DNA of 64,000 nt from Eledone cirrhosa (GCA_964016885.1 OZ024741.1:357058001-357122000), one strand, 5' to 3'. Numbered from the stretch's first letter, positions 24,800 to 51,070 are shown. Program-made: numbers and translations. Notes: generated by a model from the sequence alone, not told the origin.

Positions 24800-27700
24800 C
24801 TGGACAGCTTTTCAAAATATTACTACCGTCTCTATAGAGACACACTCACATAATTTTCTTTCTCGTTTATCTCCCTTTTTAAAATGTGCAACACTTCAAA
24901 AACGACTATCATTATTTTTTTTAATAATAGTTATATAGAGAACATAAATATAGTGAATACACATTTTCCGTGAACCAAAACAAATAGAATGCACATACAA
25001 AAGAACTAGTGAAACTAAAGTATACATAATCATACAGACGTAGAGAAAGAAAGAAAAAGGAATTTATAGGAAGATAATTTTTTTTTTCCTCCACCATTTC
25101 TGCACAAAGTTTAGAATGTGGTACGAGTTTATTGGGGTTTTTTCTCTGTACTTATTATGCCTGTATCGTTATGTAAACTTTGTGAACACAGTTGCAATAT
25201 AAATTACATCACATCTTGGCCTCTAAAAAATGTCCCTTGAATCAAAATAATTTTTGTTCAAAAATAGCTTTTCCCACATTAGAAATAAAGAAAAATAAGA
25301 AGGCAAAAATGTGATAGATAAATAAATAATTAATGGTTTTGAACTTTATTCAATGCTAGCATATATTTAGGGTGAACGGAAATAAAACCACAGGAAATAA
25401 AGTTAGAAAAAAGTCACATTTTTTGGCTAGGTTTTAACCGGAATTTCCAGTGGGTTTTTTTCTTAGAATTTTATAGATATGTTTCCACATTTTAAAATAA
25501 TTCCACCCCCACATTTTTGTGTTATTTAAATAAAATATGACATTTTCTCTTAAGACTTTTTTCCTGGATTTATAGGTATTTTGATGATTTTTTTTTTTCC
25601 ATGGGAGATGGTTTGTACCTCAGAAGTCATTTCATATATGTATATAAACTCACATATATTGACATGTATTATTGTTTGTTTAGATTTTCTGAGGTACGAC
25701 TGACTGCTGCTGTGTACTCAGTTTTACCTGAAATCATAAAACTCTTCAAGAAGCTTCTTTTTTTTTTTATAATTTACAAAGTCTATTCCAACATCATATC
25801 GTATGAAATCAAAAACATTGTTTGCAATAATAATTTAAGTGAACCTTAGAAGTTTAGAAAAGGTTAAGAATCTAAAACCGATTCCTGGAAAATGTTTGCT
25901 TCTGCTTTTATCCAAAAGTATATTTAAGCACATACACACAAAAAAGAACCCTTGTTTTTCTTAATATTTACTAAAATAACTAATTCAATATCAACCTGAA
26001 CCAACTAAAATATCTATTCGAGTTGAATTTTTACTTTTAGGGATTCGGTACATATTGTTATACTTTGGCGGCATGGTCCTCCCATCGAATAACAATGTTT
26101 CAACGCACGATTTCACCTCAAGAATCTTGAAAAACATACAAAAACAATTATTTTCTGGTATAAATGTTTTCTTGTGAAATTTTGCAGAGATAAGTTTTCC
26201 ATGACATAAATTACAACAACAACAATAATAATAATAGTTTCTGATTTTAGGCACAAGGCCATCAATTTATGGGGGGGGGGGGGGGGGGGTTAAATCGACT
26301 CCAGTGCGTGACTGGTATTTTATTTTATCGACCCCATAAGGATGAAAGGCAAAGCTAACTTCGGCGGGATTTGAATTGAGAACGTAAAGGGCCGTATTTA
26401 AAAAAAATACTTTCTTTATTGTATATTTCTGTTCGTTAAGGCTAAACGTAGAATCGAAAATGCTTTCATCGTATCTTCCAATTTTGTTTCTTTCTAACAT
26501 CGACACAAGGTCAGCAATTTAGGGGAAAGGAAAAGTCTATTGTATCGATTCCAGTACTTGACTGGTACTTTATTTTATCGACCCCAGAAGAGTGAAAAGC
26601 AAAGTTGAGCTCGACAGGATTTGCACTGAAACATAGAAAGTGGGAACTAATTATCGAAAGCATTTTGTCCGACTGATGGTCTATCGATGATACCAATCAG
26701 GATAATATCATAGATTTTCTACAGAAATACTGTCATTTCTGCAACTATGAATTGTGAAAATAAATAACTTTTCTTTTAAATTTCATCGACATAGTGGTAA
26801 TTTGCACTTTCAAAAATGTATCTGCAAAATTTCATAAAAAATTACACATAGTTAAAAAAAAGATACGAGGAAACAAAGTTGCGGTGGGGACTCCAAACTT
26901 TAGTTGTGCCAAATAGTTTAAATTATTTTTACTTATATAGAAAGAGAGTAATAAAGCAAAATAGAAAATCTTTAAGAGATAACTGGACAAAAGAAAATCA
27001 ATCCTTTCACACAGAAAACGTGATAGGTAAAATTTCAATTGGTTTCTTTCTGAATGATGGTATTCAGGGAAATGAACAAAATTAATTATAAATACCCAAC
27101 ACAATATACAGTTTCTCCATGCTTCCGCGTTATTAAAACAAATGCGTATGATCAAGATTTCTACGTAAAAGTGTCTATGCGGTGTTTTGGAGGTGGCATA
27201 ACGTCAAGTTCTCTGGATATTGAGAAACCCCCAAAAAGGAATGATTAGCGATAAAAGGTTAGAGTTTCCTCCCTTACATTAGGTGGTGCGGGTTTGCGTG
27301 GAACAGGACGTTAAATACACACATGCACAAACACACTACTGGCCCATTTCGTACACGCAGACTGATTTGTAATCAATATGCATAGTGTATGTTTATAAAA
27401 AAATAAAAGTCCTTTATACATTATGTAGAAATACATTACTTAAGTCTACATGCACCTTCTGAATTTGAAATAAAACTACAATAATGAAAACATTAGGACA
27501 GAGCTAACCTTAGAAACTGAAAATAAACATAATTTCATCATCATTGTCAATATGAAGTAATATTTACATGGGAATAGACAATAGGCAAAATCCTATAACC
27601 CTTCTCTAAATTTAAATGTAAGTAAAATCGATAAAAATTACGGTCATATCCAACGTGTGAAGCCAAAATAAATATCGATATTTTTTCCGTAAATTACATG

Positions 27701-28085
27701 TTTTACGTTTGTTTTCTTATTTGTTCATTCACTTTCTAAATTAAAATCGTTTAATCAAACATTCATTATATCAAATCTTTAATAGAGAAGCCATATAGAA
27801 TTTTGCCAAATGATATATTTAATAACGTAAGCTAGTCGCTTTTCAATGTGGAAGATGACTTTAAAATAGGAAGAGAAAAACAATTCTTTGTAAACTAAGA
27901 ATTTCTTTCAAAATATTTAATTAATTATATCGTAATTTTGCTTAGTAGATATATATGTACACACACACACACACATATATATATATATCATTGAATATTT
28001 ACTCCAGTAACCAGTTGAGTGCTCTAAATCAGTTATAAACATTTATATTTGTCGGACTTCCAACAAATTAAATACCCTTCTACTT

Positions 28086-28119
<34 letters not shown>

Positions 28120-28514
28120 TAATATATATATACATACATATACACACAGACACAACACACACATATATACGTACATATGTATGTGTGTGTGTACATATAT
28201 AGAGAGACAGAGAACAAAAGCCTGTAGTTTATATCGACTTCAAATCGATTGTAATCAACTAATCAATACGAAGTTGGGTATCATTGACAAAATTTAAAGA
28301 AATATTTGAACATATTTCATTCGATTCACAGGAATTATTTCACATGCTTCGCGCGCGTGCGCACTCTCTCTCTCTCGCACACACACACACAGGACCTCGA
28401 AACCAATGGTCGCACATACGTGTTAAGTGTATGAAACTTTATTTATACTAAATAAGCTCTCTTGCAAGAGACTGAGTATTGTTTTCCGTGACCTTTTATC
28501 TACGGATACCTTAT

Positions 28515-28577
<63 letters not shown>

Positions 28578-28932
28578 CATGTCACAAGTAGAAAAAAACT
28601 ATATGGACATATTCTCGGAATTAAGACGAACAGTCCCATCTCCTCAGTTAACCTCTGGAAATCACTACGGTTTCGGCTCATTTGGATCGATACCTTTCAT
28701 TCCAGTGCAAATTGGGACATAACAAAACAGGTAGAGACAAGCTATGCTTTTAGGCAAATTACACAAATATAGAGTGCGCAAGGACTTAGCAAAAGGAGTT
28801 CCTCCAGCCTCACGGCAACGGGCCACACACACTTATATATATATAAGTTTATCCCGTATTCAATCGGGAGTAACCACAGTAAGTAAGGTATTCAATACAT
28901 AGCAGAGTATAAATATTTAATATAGAAATGGC

Positions 28933-33228
<4,296 letters not shown>

Positions 33229-33271
33229 ATAATATATAAGATCAAAAGATGGTTAAAGGAGTTCCATGTAT

Positions 33272-33336
33272 TTTATTATGCGCATTTCAAAAACAAACAT
33301 CATCATGCAATAATATTTGTGTTTTCATCAGATAAA
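33272..33336 (-). ncRNA. Type I HHR (mirror copy)
   Basis: Reverse complement of 33461-33525. Confidence 0.75.
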
Positions 33337-33460
33337 GCAGGAGAACATGATATGAAGGTTAAAAAACACTTGTGGATAGTGCAGTCTTAAATCAACATAT
33401 GTTGATTTAAGACTGCACTATCCACAAGTGTTTTTTAACCTTCATATCATGTTCTCCTGC

Positions 33461-33525
33461 TTTATCTGATGAAAACACAAATATTATTGCATGATGATGT
33501 TTGTTTTTGAAATGCGCATAATAAA
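33461..33525 (+). ncRNA. Type I HHR with palindromic stem III
   Basis: tttat-CTGATGA-(long stem II acaaatatta/tgatgtttgt)-GAAA-tgcgca-TA-ataaa; predicted cleavage after 33520. Confidence 0.75.
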
Positions 33526-33678
33526 ATACATGGAACTCCTTTAACCATCTTTTGATCTTATATATTATGTATACTCCAGTCCTACAAACTGTAGAGTGCT
33601 TCTTATCCGATATCTGCATTGCTTTATTGTACTACAATAAAACTCACCTCCTACATATATATATATATATATCTATAA

Positions 33679-33727
<49 letters not shown>

Positions 33728-33818
33728 TATGTATATATATATATATGTATATATCTATATATATATATATATATATATATAAATATATGTATATATATAA
33801 ATATATGTATATATATAT

Positions 33819-34160
33819 CATCATCATCATCATTTCATTTTACGTCCGCTTTTCCCTGCTTGCAAGGGTGGGACGGGAATTGATTCTGGCATGATTTCTA
33901 CAGCTGGATGCCCTTCCTAACACCAACCTCATTTACAGTGAGTGCTGGGTGCTTTTTTGCCGTGGCACCTCCACGACCACTTTGCAGTGGAATGATAGGG
34001 ACCCCAGTCCCTATCATCTCATTTCTACAGCTGAGTAAACTGGAGCAATGTGAAATAAAGTCTCTTGCTCAAGGAAACAACACATCACCCAGTCTGAGAA
34101 TTGAACTCACAACCTTTCGATTGCAAGGCCAATGCTCTAACCACTAAGCCATATGCCTCC
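33819..34160 (-). mobile_element. SINE family 2: tRNA head, CORE-like middle, RTE-derived 3' tail
   Basis: Reverse strand ggcttagtggttagagc..gagttcaattctc; ttccttgagcaagagacttt; tail gttaggaagggcatccagctgtagaa shared with the RTE 3' UTR. Confidence 0.85.
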
Positions 34161-38844
<4,684 letters not shown>

Positions 38845-38845
<1 letters not shown>

Positions 38846-39087
38846 CACTATAAAAGCTTCACGGCACAGGCATTGCTTTATATCTGGAGATCTCTCTGCA
38901 TTTGTCGTCACATGGTACCATGGGCCCAGCACTATGTGTCAATAATTGTCACAAGTGTAGTGTTTGTACCAGAGCTTTCAAGTCGCTGGCTGGACTAAAA
39001 GTCACACTCGTTCAGCGCATCAGTAGGGGTTCTCCTACCTGGATATAAAGTAGTGGCCGTACTCGAAAACGAGTTGGCAGCCACCAT
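38845..39087 (+). mobile_element. 3' fragment of a BovB-like RTE (C2H2 finger remnants and terminus)
   Basis: [17 protein letters not shown]; tggccgtactcgaaaacgagttggcagcca matches the terminus at ~2720-2751. Confidence 0.7.
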
Positions 39088-39262
39088 ATATGTATATATA
39101 TATATATATATGTTTATGTATATATATATATATGTTTATGTATATATATATATGTATAAATATATATATGTATATATGTATATATATATGTATATATATA
39201 TATGTATATATGTATATATATATATATGTATATATATATATGTATATATATATATATACGTG

Positions 39263-39302
<40 letters not shown>

Positions 39303-39311
39303 TACATATAA

Positions 39312-39488
39312 GTTATCCCAGGTTCAATCGGGGGTAACCACAGTAAGTAAGGTACTCAATATAGTGCAGAGTATAAATGTTTAATATAGAAAAGCTTCTA
39401 CAGGACTAGAACTGTTTCATTCATGAGAAGCTTGCTGGTGATTTCTCACGAATGAAACAGTTCTAGTCCTGTAGAAGCTTTTCTATAT
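39312..39488 (-). mobile_element. Family A PLE-like terminus with fold-back palindrome 39384-39488 and mutated HHR (CTGGTGA)
   Basis: 46-bp arms, 13-nt spacer; tail matches 9796-9880, 28848-28930, 62155-62205 and 62527-62608. Confidence 0.75.
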
Positions 39489-39659
39489 ATATTATATATA
39501 TATACATGCATGCAGGGAGCTAAGTTTAGAATTGAAATAGCGATAGATATAATGTGAAATCTCGCTTTGTTTTCAATATATATATATTGCTATACTTTGG
39601 GAGGGTCATGCTGCCAATAAAAACACATGCACCTACTGGTTTTCAAACTTTACACATGC

Positions 39660-40690
39660 GTTACTTATATTTCTAGGGCCCGCATTAGGCGAAAAACCGC
39701 ATTTTATAGGCGTAACTTATAGATAATCCAGCCGATTTCCTCGAAATTGCTGTAGACTAAAAAAAAAAAAAAAAAATTCCGATTCCATTAATGGTTTCTA
39801 GGAAATTTACGAATTACCATTGGGCATTACATGCCATTTTTATTTTCAATATAAACGCTACTTAAACATCGTAAGTAGCGTATAATATTTCGTTAAAACT
39901 TGGTTTATTTAACAGAGGACACAACACTTACTTACTTTTAAGCAGGACCATTTCAGGGGATTGCGGAAATGAGGAGGATCTTAACACTTTTGTCGGCGCC
40001 CTGTTGACGCTTCGTGCTTTCATCACGCGCAAATCCGGGCCCTGTGTACGTTGCCGTGTTATTGAGACCGTAAAACTCACGTCTGTGCTACTTCTATTAA
40101 GACCCCTTCTGTTGCACCTACACTGCACTATGTACGTCGAACTGCGCAAGTACGTCGAACAGCAGTTGTGCTAATTCCGCGGTGACCCCTTTTGTCGCAC
40201 CTTTGTTACTCTGTAAACACAATACAACCAGTGCCGCCCAGCGTTTGTGCTAATTGCACTATGAACCCCCTTCTGCTGCAGCTGCGTTCCTACGCTGATT
40301 TCGTCATCTCAATATCCCTACTTAAACGTACATCACTACTTGGTTTTCACACAATTGACTACGTCGCTCCATCAGATGATGTCTGTCCAGATGACTGGGT
40401 GCGAATCTATAAAACTCAAAAAGTACCTAACCGATTTTCTCCAAATGGAAGGAAAATCATACTCTAAGATTTTAGTACGCTTAAAGAGTATCCAGCTGAT
40501 TTTCTTCAAATTTTGCACACGCATACAGATGTTTCACGATTCGGGCTTGCTGGTGTTTCCAGTAGATGAACAATCATTCCCTGAGAATAAGGGAATTCAA
40601 AATGTATACAGCTACATTCCTTAATCTTTGCATATGCGTGTTGCTATTTCACGTTTCCTACCCGTGCAACGCCGGGTCCTGTTGCTAATA
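39660..40690 (+). mobile_element. Non-autonomous Helitron/Helentron-like element (tentative; 5' end uncertain)
   Basis: 3' hairpin-like cccgtgcaacgccggg followed by gctaat; internal gattttcttcaaattttgcacac motif; GC-richer internal subrepeats. Confidence 0.45.
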
Positions 40691-40722
40691 TATATATATA
40701 TATATATATATATTTTAGAAAT

Positions 40723-40772
40723 GATTTCTACAGGAATAGAACTGTTTCATTCGTAAGAAATCATAAGGACTT
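40723..40772 (-). ncRNA. Decayed family A HHR (core CTTATGA)
   Basis: Reverse strand cttatga-tttcttacgaat-GAAA-cagttctattcctg-TA; short inverted copy at 40815-40831. Confidence 0.55.
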
Positions 40773-40854
40773 TCCAGCAAAGGCAGTGCTCCTTGGCTGG
40801 AACACGTAATATGGAGTCCTGTAGAAGTCATCTCTCTCCCTCTCCCTCTCTCTC

Positions 40855-40890
<36 letters not shown>

Positions 40891-41701
40891 TTCAACTTGG
40901 ATTGCCTCGGAAACATAACCTTATTATGTAACAAGCTGTCTGATGTCACGACACTGTGGCCAGTGTCGTCATTGAAATATATATCACAGCATTATTATTG
41001 AGGTTGACTTTATTTTATCGACCCCGTAAGGATGAAAGGCAAAGTACCAGTAATGCACTGGGTAATTGCTGGCCTTGTGCCTAAAGTAGAAACAATTATT
41101 ATTAAAGGACTTGAACATCTGAAACTACTTCGCTTTTACTTATTCTATATATATATATAATACACACACATGTTACAGAGGACGCAATGAATCCTGTTAG
41201 ACGTGATATTTTCGTTTTCTTCAAAGATCTATGGTCATTGATACCCTGAATTTGTTAATGCTAACATAAATCTGAATCTAAAACCAGCGAGAATAGAAAG
41301 AAAGAAAAAAATATAATGAAGTTTGTCGGGAAATTAGCATACATTCATAAATTCTTTTTTATGTACATAGTTTTCAAAATAGCCTAGATATATGACGTTG
41401 CTTGATAATATTCTAATTTTCCTTGACCTCCCTTTTGTTAATCCAGCCATAGCCATATTTCATTTAACATTCATTTAAATCAATTACAACAATTTTCTTC
41501 CATATTTTCTTTAATCATTATCAATCAGATATGCATTAAGTTACGAAACTTGTTTTATCTATCTACCTATCCATCTATGAACTGCTACTGAAATTTGTGA
41601 TTTGTTTTTATTGTTGTTCTTGTCCAAAAATAGATGCATCGATCAGGTAGGTAGGTATGTTGGCAGAGAGGCGGGTATATATATATATATATATATGTAT
41701 G

Positions 41702-41784
41702 TATTGGGTTGTAACATAAATTCTCGTCGTTCTTATAATTTTTTTGGTTTCACAAATCGGCGGGAATTATGTTACAACCCAATA
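41702..41784. mobile_element. ~80-bp mariner MITE (MADE1-like)
   Basis: TIR tattgggttgtaacataa / ttatgttacaacccaata with TA ends. Confidence 0.85.
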
Positions 41785-42850
41785 AATAGATTGGCAGATA
41801 GATAGATATTCTTTATATACAGCTATAATTGTTCTCAGGTAGCAGCAACTGGCCAGAGAGAGTGACAACTAGATAAGGAGAAAATATCAAATTGCCATTT
41901 TCCTGTCAATGTTAACCAAAAGTGTTTGTCATTTGACCCTTGTGCTTTCTTATATAATTTGAAAATGTGGGAATCCCAAACGCAGAGAATAACTGTAACA
42001 ACCGTCGATCGCTTAGAAAATCAGATAACATAACCCTAGAGACGGAGGGGGGGTAGTAGCACCAAGGTCAACTTTAAATTTCACTTTTCTGTGATCGATA
42101 AAATCAAGTACCAGTCAAGTCCCGAAGAGTTCTTTTCCCACAGAAAGATGAAATATGAAGTTGACCTCAGAATGTACATTAAGTAACTAATAATGGTTTC
42201 TTTGGACATAAGGCCAGCAATGTAAGGGAAATAGAAAGTCGGTTATAAATAAAGTGACAGTCACTTTATTTTATCAACCCCCAAAGATAAATAGTAAAGC
42301 TGACCACGACGGGATTTGAACTCAGAAGGTAAAGGGCCATAACTAAATAGTACAAACCATTTCGTCCAACGCATTGTAACAAATAATAAACAATACAATT
42401 TAGCAGATATTTAAATAATTTTTCTTTTTCTATCCGCTGTTCATTGGTTGTTTAATCACTTTTAACTGTACATTTATCTTTTAAGAAGCCTGAAAGTATC
42501 TCATCAAAAGAAAAAGCTTAATATTGTCTTCAGATTCTAGTTTAGGTTATATTCATATATTCATTTACCTAAAACTTAAATTTGATACGATTAAAATGTT
42601 GTATAGCCTAAGATACTTAAAGAGTACACATACACCACACGCATATATATACAGTATATATATATATATATAAATAGGATAGTTTGCCCGACGGTCAAAT
42701 TGGATCGGTTTGAGTTTGACGTCGGGCAGTCTATCATTATTGCACTCCATTTTCCTTAAGTATGGAGGAATACTAGCTAAGTAATATGGTCTTATTAGAC
42801 AATTAATAACACTTCTTTATACACACACACACACACATATATATATATAT

Positions 42851-43231
42851 CATCATCATCATCTCATTTTACGTCCGCTTTTTCCCTGCTTGCAAGAGTG
42901 GGACGGGAACTGATTCTAGCTTGATTTCTACAGCTGGATGCCCTTCCTAACACCAACCTCATTTACAGTGAGTGCTGGGTGCTTTTTTGCCGTGGCGCCT
43001 ACACGTCCACTTTACAGTATGGGCTGGGTGCTTTTTTGCCGTGGCAGATCCACGACCACTTTGCAGTGGAATGATAGGGACCCTAGTCCTATCATCTCAT
43101 TTCTACAGCTGAGTAAACTGGAGCAATGTGAAATAAAGTGTCTTGCTCAAGGACACAACACATCACCCGGTCTGAGAATTGAACTCACAACCTTTCAATT
43201 GTAAGGCCAATGCTCTAACCACTAAGCCATA
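42851..43231 (-). mobile_element. SINE family 2 copy
   Basis: Highly similar to 33819-34160. Confidence 0.85.
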
Positions 43232-43453
43232 TATATATATTAACAAAGGAATTGTGGTAAGGAACCAGATGGACCATAACGCACCAGAGTACTCAATACT
43301 TAGGGTAGTAGATTGGGAAATGTGAAAAAGTATGACTGACCCCAACGGCAGATCTCAAGCCGTTTCGACGGCTATTTCTGGAATAAATAGCCGCCGAAAT
43401 GGCTTGAGCTCTTCCGTCGGGGTATATATATCCACATCCATATATATACATAT

Positions 43454-43523
<70 letters not shown>

Positions 43524-43525
<2 letters not shown>

Positions 43526-45030
43526 GTGGAGTAGGAATCATGGTAGCAGAAAAGTGGGCAGATAAGATAATAGACGTAAATAGAGTGAACGACAGAATAA
43601 TTAAAATACGACTTGTCCTCAATAGAACTACGGTGACAGTAATATCTGCGTACGCACCCCAATCCGGACTGCCCGGCACTATAAAAGACAGATTCTATGA
43701 GACACTGATGCTAACTACCTCCCAAATATCCGACAGTGACTATATAATTATTGCAGGCGACATAAATGGTCACGTTGGACAACATTGTGACGGCTACGAC
43801 GAAATCCATGGAGGCTATGGGTTTGGTACTAGAAATGAGGAAGGCTCCAGAATCCTGGAATTCTGTGACGCAAATAACCTAACTATCTGTAACACTAATT
43901 TCAAAAAACGTGACAATCACCTGATCACCTATAGATCCGGGGAACACACAAGCCAGGTAGATTATATCCTTACCAGAAGACGTGACAGAGTGTCTGTTGT
44001 AAACACTAAATCCCTCCCCCATGAAGAATGCACCTCCCAACATAGACTGATAATTAGCGACCTCATAGTCAGGACGAGACGTACTCGACAGCAGAAGAGG
44101 ACTATCCTCAGGAGAAAAATATGGAAGCTAAAGGACCCCACAGCCAGAAATAAATTTCAAAGCATATTACTTGATGCTTTCGACAGTAAGGAAGAACATT
44201 TAGAGTCGGACAATATAGAGGGACAGTGGGAATTTCTGAAAGCAAACCTGCTGATGGCGACAGACGAAGTCTGTGGCTGGAGCAGGCCTGTAGGCAGGAG
44301 GAGAGTAACATGGTGGTGGAACAGTAAGGTGGAGGAGTCAATTAAGGCCAAAAAGCAGGCTTGGAAAGTATGGCGGGATGGGGGAAGTAGAGAAGACTAT
44401 CAAGTGGCCAGGAGGGAAGCTAGGAGACAAGTGTACTTAGCAAGAAGGGAAGCAGAGGAAAGAAAGTTCAAGCATGTTCTACAACGCGAGGACCAAAAAC
44501 ATGAGGTGTTCAGGATTGCTAGGCAATGCGTCAAGGAAAACCGTGATATTGTCGGGGTGAAGTGTGTACTTAACGATGATGGCATACTTGCCATCACCGA
44601 CGCTGATAAGAAGGTAGCTTGGAAGTGTCACTATGAAAGGCTACTAAATGAGGAGAATAAATGGGAGAAAGACAGTCTCCCCCATATCGACCCAATAGAG
44701 GGACCAGCAGTGTTAGTCGAGGGGAGTATAATAAGTAAGGCAATCAAGGATATGAAGACGGGTAAGGCGGCTGGGCCTTCGGAAATAGTTGCTGAGATGC
44801 TGAAGGCATCTGGCACGGTGGGACACACCATGGTCACCCGCATAGTTAACCAAGTCGTACAGAATGGGGTTGTTCCGAAGGACTGGCATAGCAGCATCAT
44901 CGTTAACTGTTATAAGGGTAAAGGAGACGCCCTAGATAGGAGTAACTATAGAGGCATTAAATTAATCGACCAGGTCATGAAGGTCACGGAAAAAGTAATA
45001 GCGCAACTAATCAGAGAGAGAATTGACCTA
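43524..45030 (+). mobile_element. Internal fragment of the same RTE family (APE to RT N-terminus)
   Basis: Near-identical to 5843-7349; bounded by microsatellite on both sides. Confidence 0.95.
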
Positions 45031-48142
<3,112 letters not shown>

Positions 48143-48494
48143 TAACACACCCCCGTCCCACCACCTCCACCCCATCCACACCGCCCCTTTCAATGTAAAG
48201 TTATGTTGGTCCCACAACATCCAGGCCGAAACAAATGAGATCGTGTAGGTGTCACGACAAAAAACACACAGTCAACGCTGTAAATGTGGCCGTGTAGGCA
48301 ACACGGTAAAAACCTCCCAGCCCCACACTGTAAATGTGGTTGGTGTTAGGAAGGGCATCCAGCTGTAGAAAACTCGCCAGACAGTCCTATGCGAGCAAGA
48401 CAACCACTCTTGCCTCAAGTGGGAAAACCCCCGTCCAAACCCATGCAAGCGTGGAACACGGACGCTAAACCTGATGATGATGATGATGATGATG

Positions 48495-48496
<2 letters not shown>
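48143..48496 (+). mobile_element. RTE 3' UTR with (GAT)n tail (related pieces at 51340-51610, 51645-51938 and 53215-53335 minus)
   Basis: Matches 8705-9062. Confidence 0.9.
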
Positions 48497-48573
<77 letters not shown>

Positions 48574-48592
48574 TATAATATATATATATATT

Positions 48593-49310
48593 AGCAAGAC
48601 ATACCCGTTCCAAAGACCCTCATGTATAGATAAGAAATGTATAACCTGTAAAATAAGCCCCCATATTAACTGTAAAACTAGAAATGTAGTGTATAGCATA
48701 AGATGTACTGAAGGACAATGTAGAAACAAAAATATAGTGTACATAGGTGAGACAGCTCGTAGTATAGGGGAACGGATAAATGAACACTGGCGAGACCTTC
48801 AAGATAATAAAGAATCATCTGTACTCTACCAACATGCTAAGATAGAACACAAGGGTACATTAGAGAACATAGAAATAAAAACAGAATCCACACACAGAAA
48901 AGATGCAATGTTTAGGCAAATTACAGAGGCAGTAAGCATAAAATAATTACAACCAAAATTAAATAGAAAATATGAGTGGAACAGCAACATCACAACTTAC
49001 AATTAAGGCCAAAATGAAAACACACACACACATAGAACAAACAACCAACCAACAACATGTAAATAAATAAACAAATAGATAAATGAACACAAACACACAC
49101 AGACACCCGGATGTGGCGCATGCGCAAACTGAGCACACAACACACACACAGAAACAAAATGGCGTAGGACAGAAGAAAGGAAAGGCACAGAAACAAAGAC
49201 AGGAATCCCCAGTCACTGAAGAGGTCACAGAGTGTGTGACGAAAGGACTATGACTATATATAAACAACTATCTGGTTGTGGAACCAACCAACCAACCAGA
49301 AATTTATAAG
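48593..49310 (+). mobile_element. 5'-truncated Penelope-like element: GIY-YIG endonuclease remnant and 3' pLTR
   Basis: CxxC..NCKTRNVVYSIRC..C..VYIGETARSIGERINEH..LYQH..RQITEAVSIK*LQPKLNR; HHR downstream. Confidence 0.9.
49211..49255 (+). ncRNA. Type I HHR in PLE 3' region
   Basis: agtca-CTGAAGA-g gtcaca gagtg tgtgac-GAAA-ggac-TA-tgact. Confidence 0.8.
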
Positions 49311-49464
49311 TTTGTAGATTTGTAAATTTATAAATTTATAAATATATAATAAATTGAAGTGAAAGCAACTAGTGCGTGTGTTTCTTATTGGCAACATGAC
49401 CCTCCCAAAGTATAACAATATCGGTTTCAACACACGATTTCAGATAAAGAATCTTGCTAAACAA

Positions 49465-49490
49465 ATATATATATATATATACATACATAT

Positions 49491-49551
<61 letters not shown>

Positions 49552-49672
49552 CATACATATCCATATATATATATATACATATCCATATATATATATATAT
49601 ACATATCCATATATAACATATGCATATATATATATATATATATATCCATATATATATATATTTATATATACA

Positions 49673-49730
<58 letters not shown>

Positions 49731-49793
49731 CATATGTATATATATATATATATATACATATCCATATATATATATATATATATATACATATCC

Positions 49794-49824
<31 letters not shown>

Positions 49825-50027
49825 TTTATACATATCCATATATATATATATATATATATATACATATCTATATATATATATACATATATATATACATATC
49901 TATATATATATATACATATATATATACATATCTATATATATATATACATATATATATACATATCTCTATATATATATATATATACATATATATATACATA
50001 TATATATATATACATATATATATATAC

Positions 50028-50080
<53 letters not shown>

Positions 50081-50201
50081 CATATATATACATATATATA
50101 TATACATATATATACATATATATATATATATACATATATATACATATATATATATATACATATATATATATACATATATATATATACATATATATATATA
50201 C

Positions 50202-50264
<63 letters not shown>

Positions 50265-50284
50265 CATATACATATATATATATA

Positions 50285-50348
<64 letters not shown>

Positions 50349-50386
50349 CATATATATATATATACATATATATATATATCATATAC

Positions 50387-50418
<32 letters not shown>

Positions 50419-50475
50419 CATATACATATATATATATATATAATATACATATATATATATATATATATAATATAC

Positions 50476-50512
<37 letters not shown>

Positions 50513-50518
50513 ATATAC

Positions 50519-50578
<60 letters not shown>

Positions 50579-50583
50579 CATAT

Positions 50584-50633
<50 letters not shown>

Positions 50634-50938
50634 CCATATATATATATATATATCCATATCCATATATATATATATACATATCGATATATATATATATATA
50701 ATATATATATATATATACATATCCATATATATATATATATATATACATATCCATATATATATATATATATATATTAAAAGTGAGTTACAAACGAAACGAA
50801 ATTTAATTTCGTTTCGTTATTTGTTTTTATATATATATACATATCCATATATATATATATCCATATATATATATATATATATATATACATATCCATATAT
50901 ATATATATCCATATATATATATATATATATACATATCC

Positions 50939-50971
<33 letters not shown>

Positions 50972-51031
50972 CCATATCCATATATATATATCCATATCCA
51001 TATATATATCCATATATATATATATCCATAT

Positions 51032-51070
<39 letters not shown>

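Larger units (their letters stand above)
33229..33568. repeat. 340-bp spacerless palindrome
   Basis: Centre caacat|atgttg at 33398/33399; arms reverse-complementary; the same peptide appears in + and - ORFs. Confidence 0.95.

Noticed and set aside
26850-27248. Short overlapping ORFs in unique sequence
   Set aside because: No recognisable domain; stops and frameshifts
28645-28710. Minus-strand HHR-like motif (GAAA-ccg-TA)
   Set aside because: No CUGANGA core and no convincing stems
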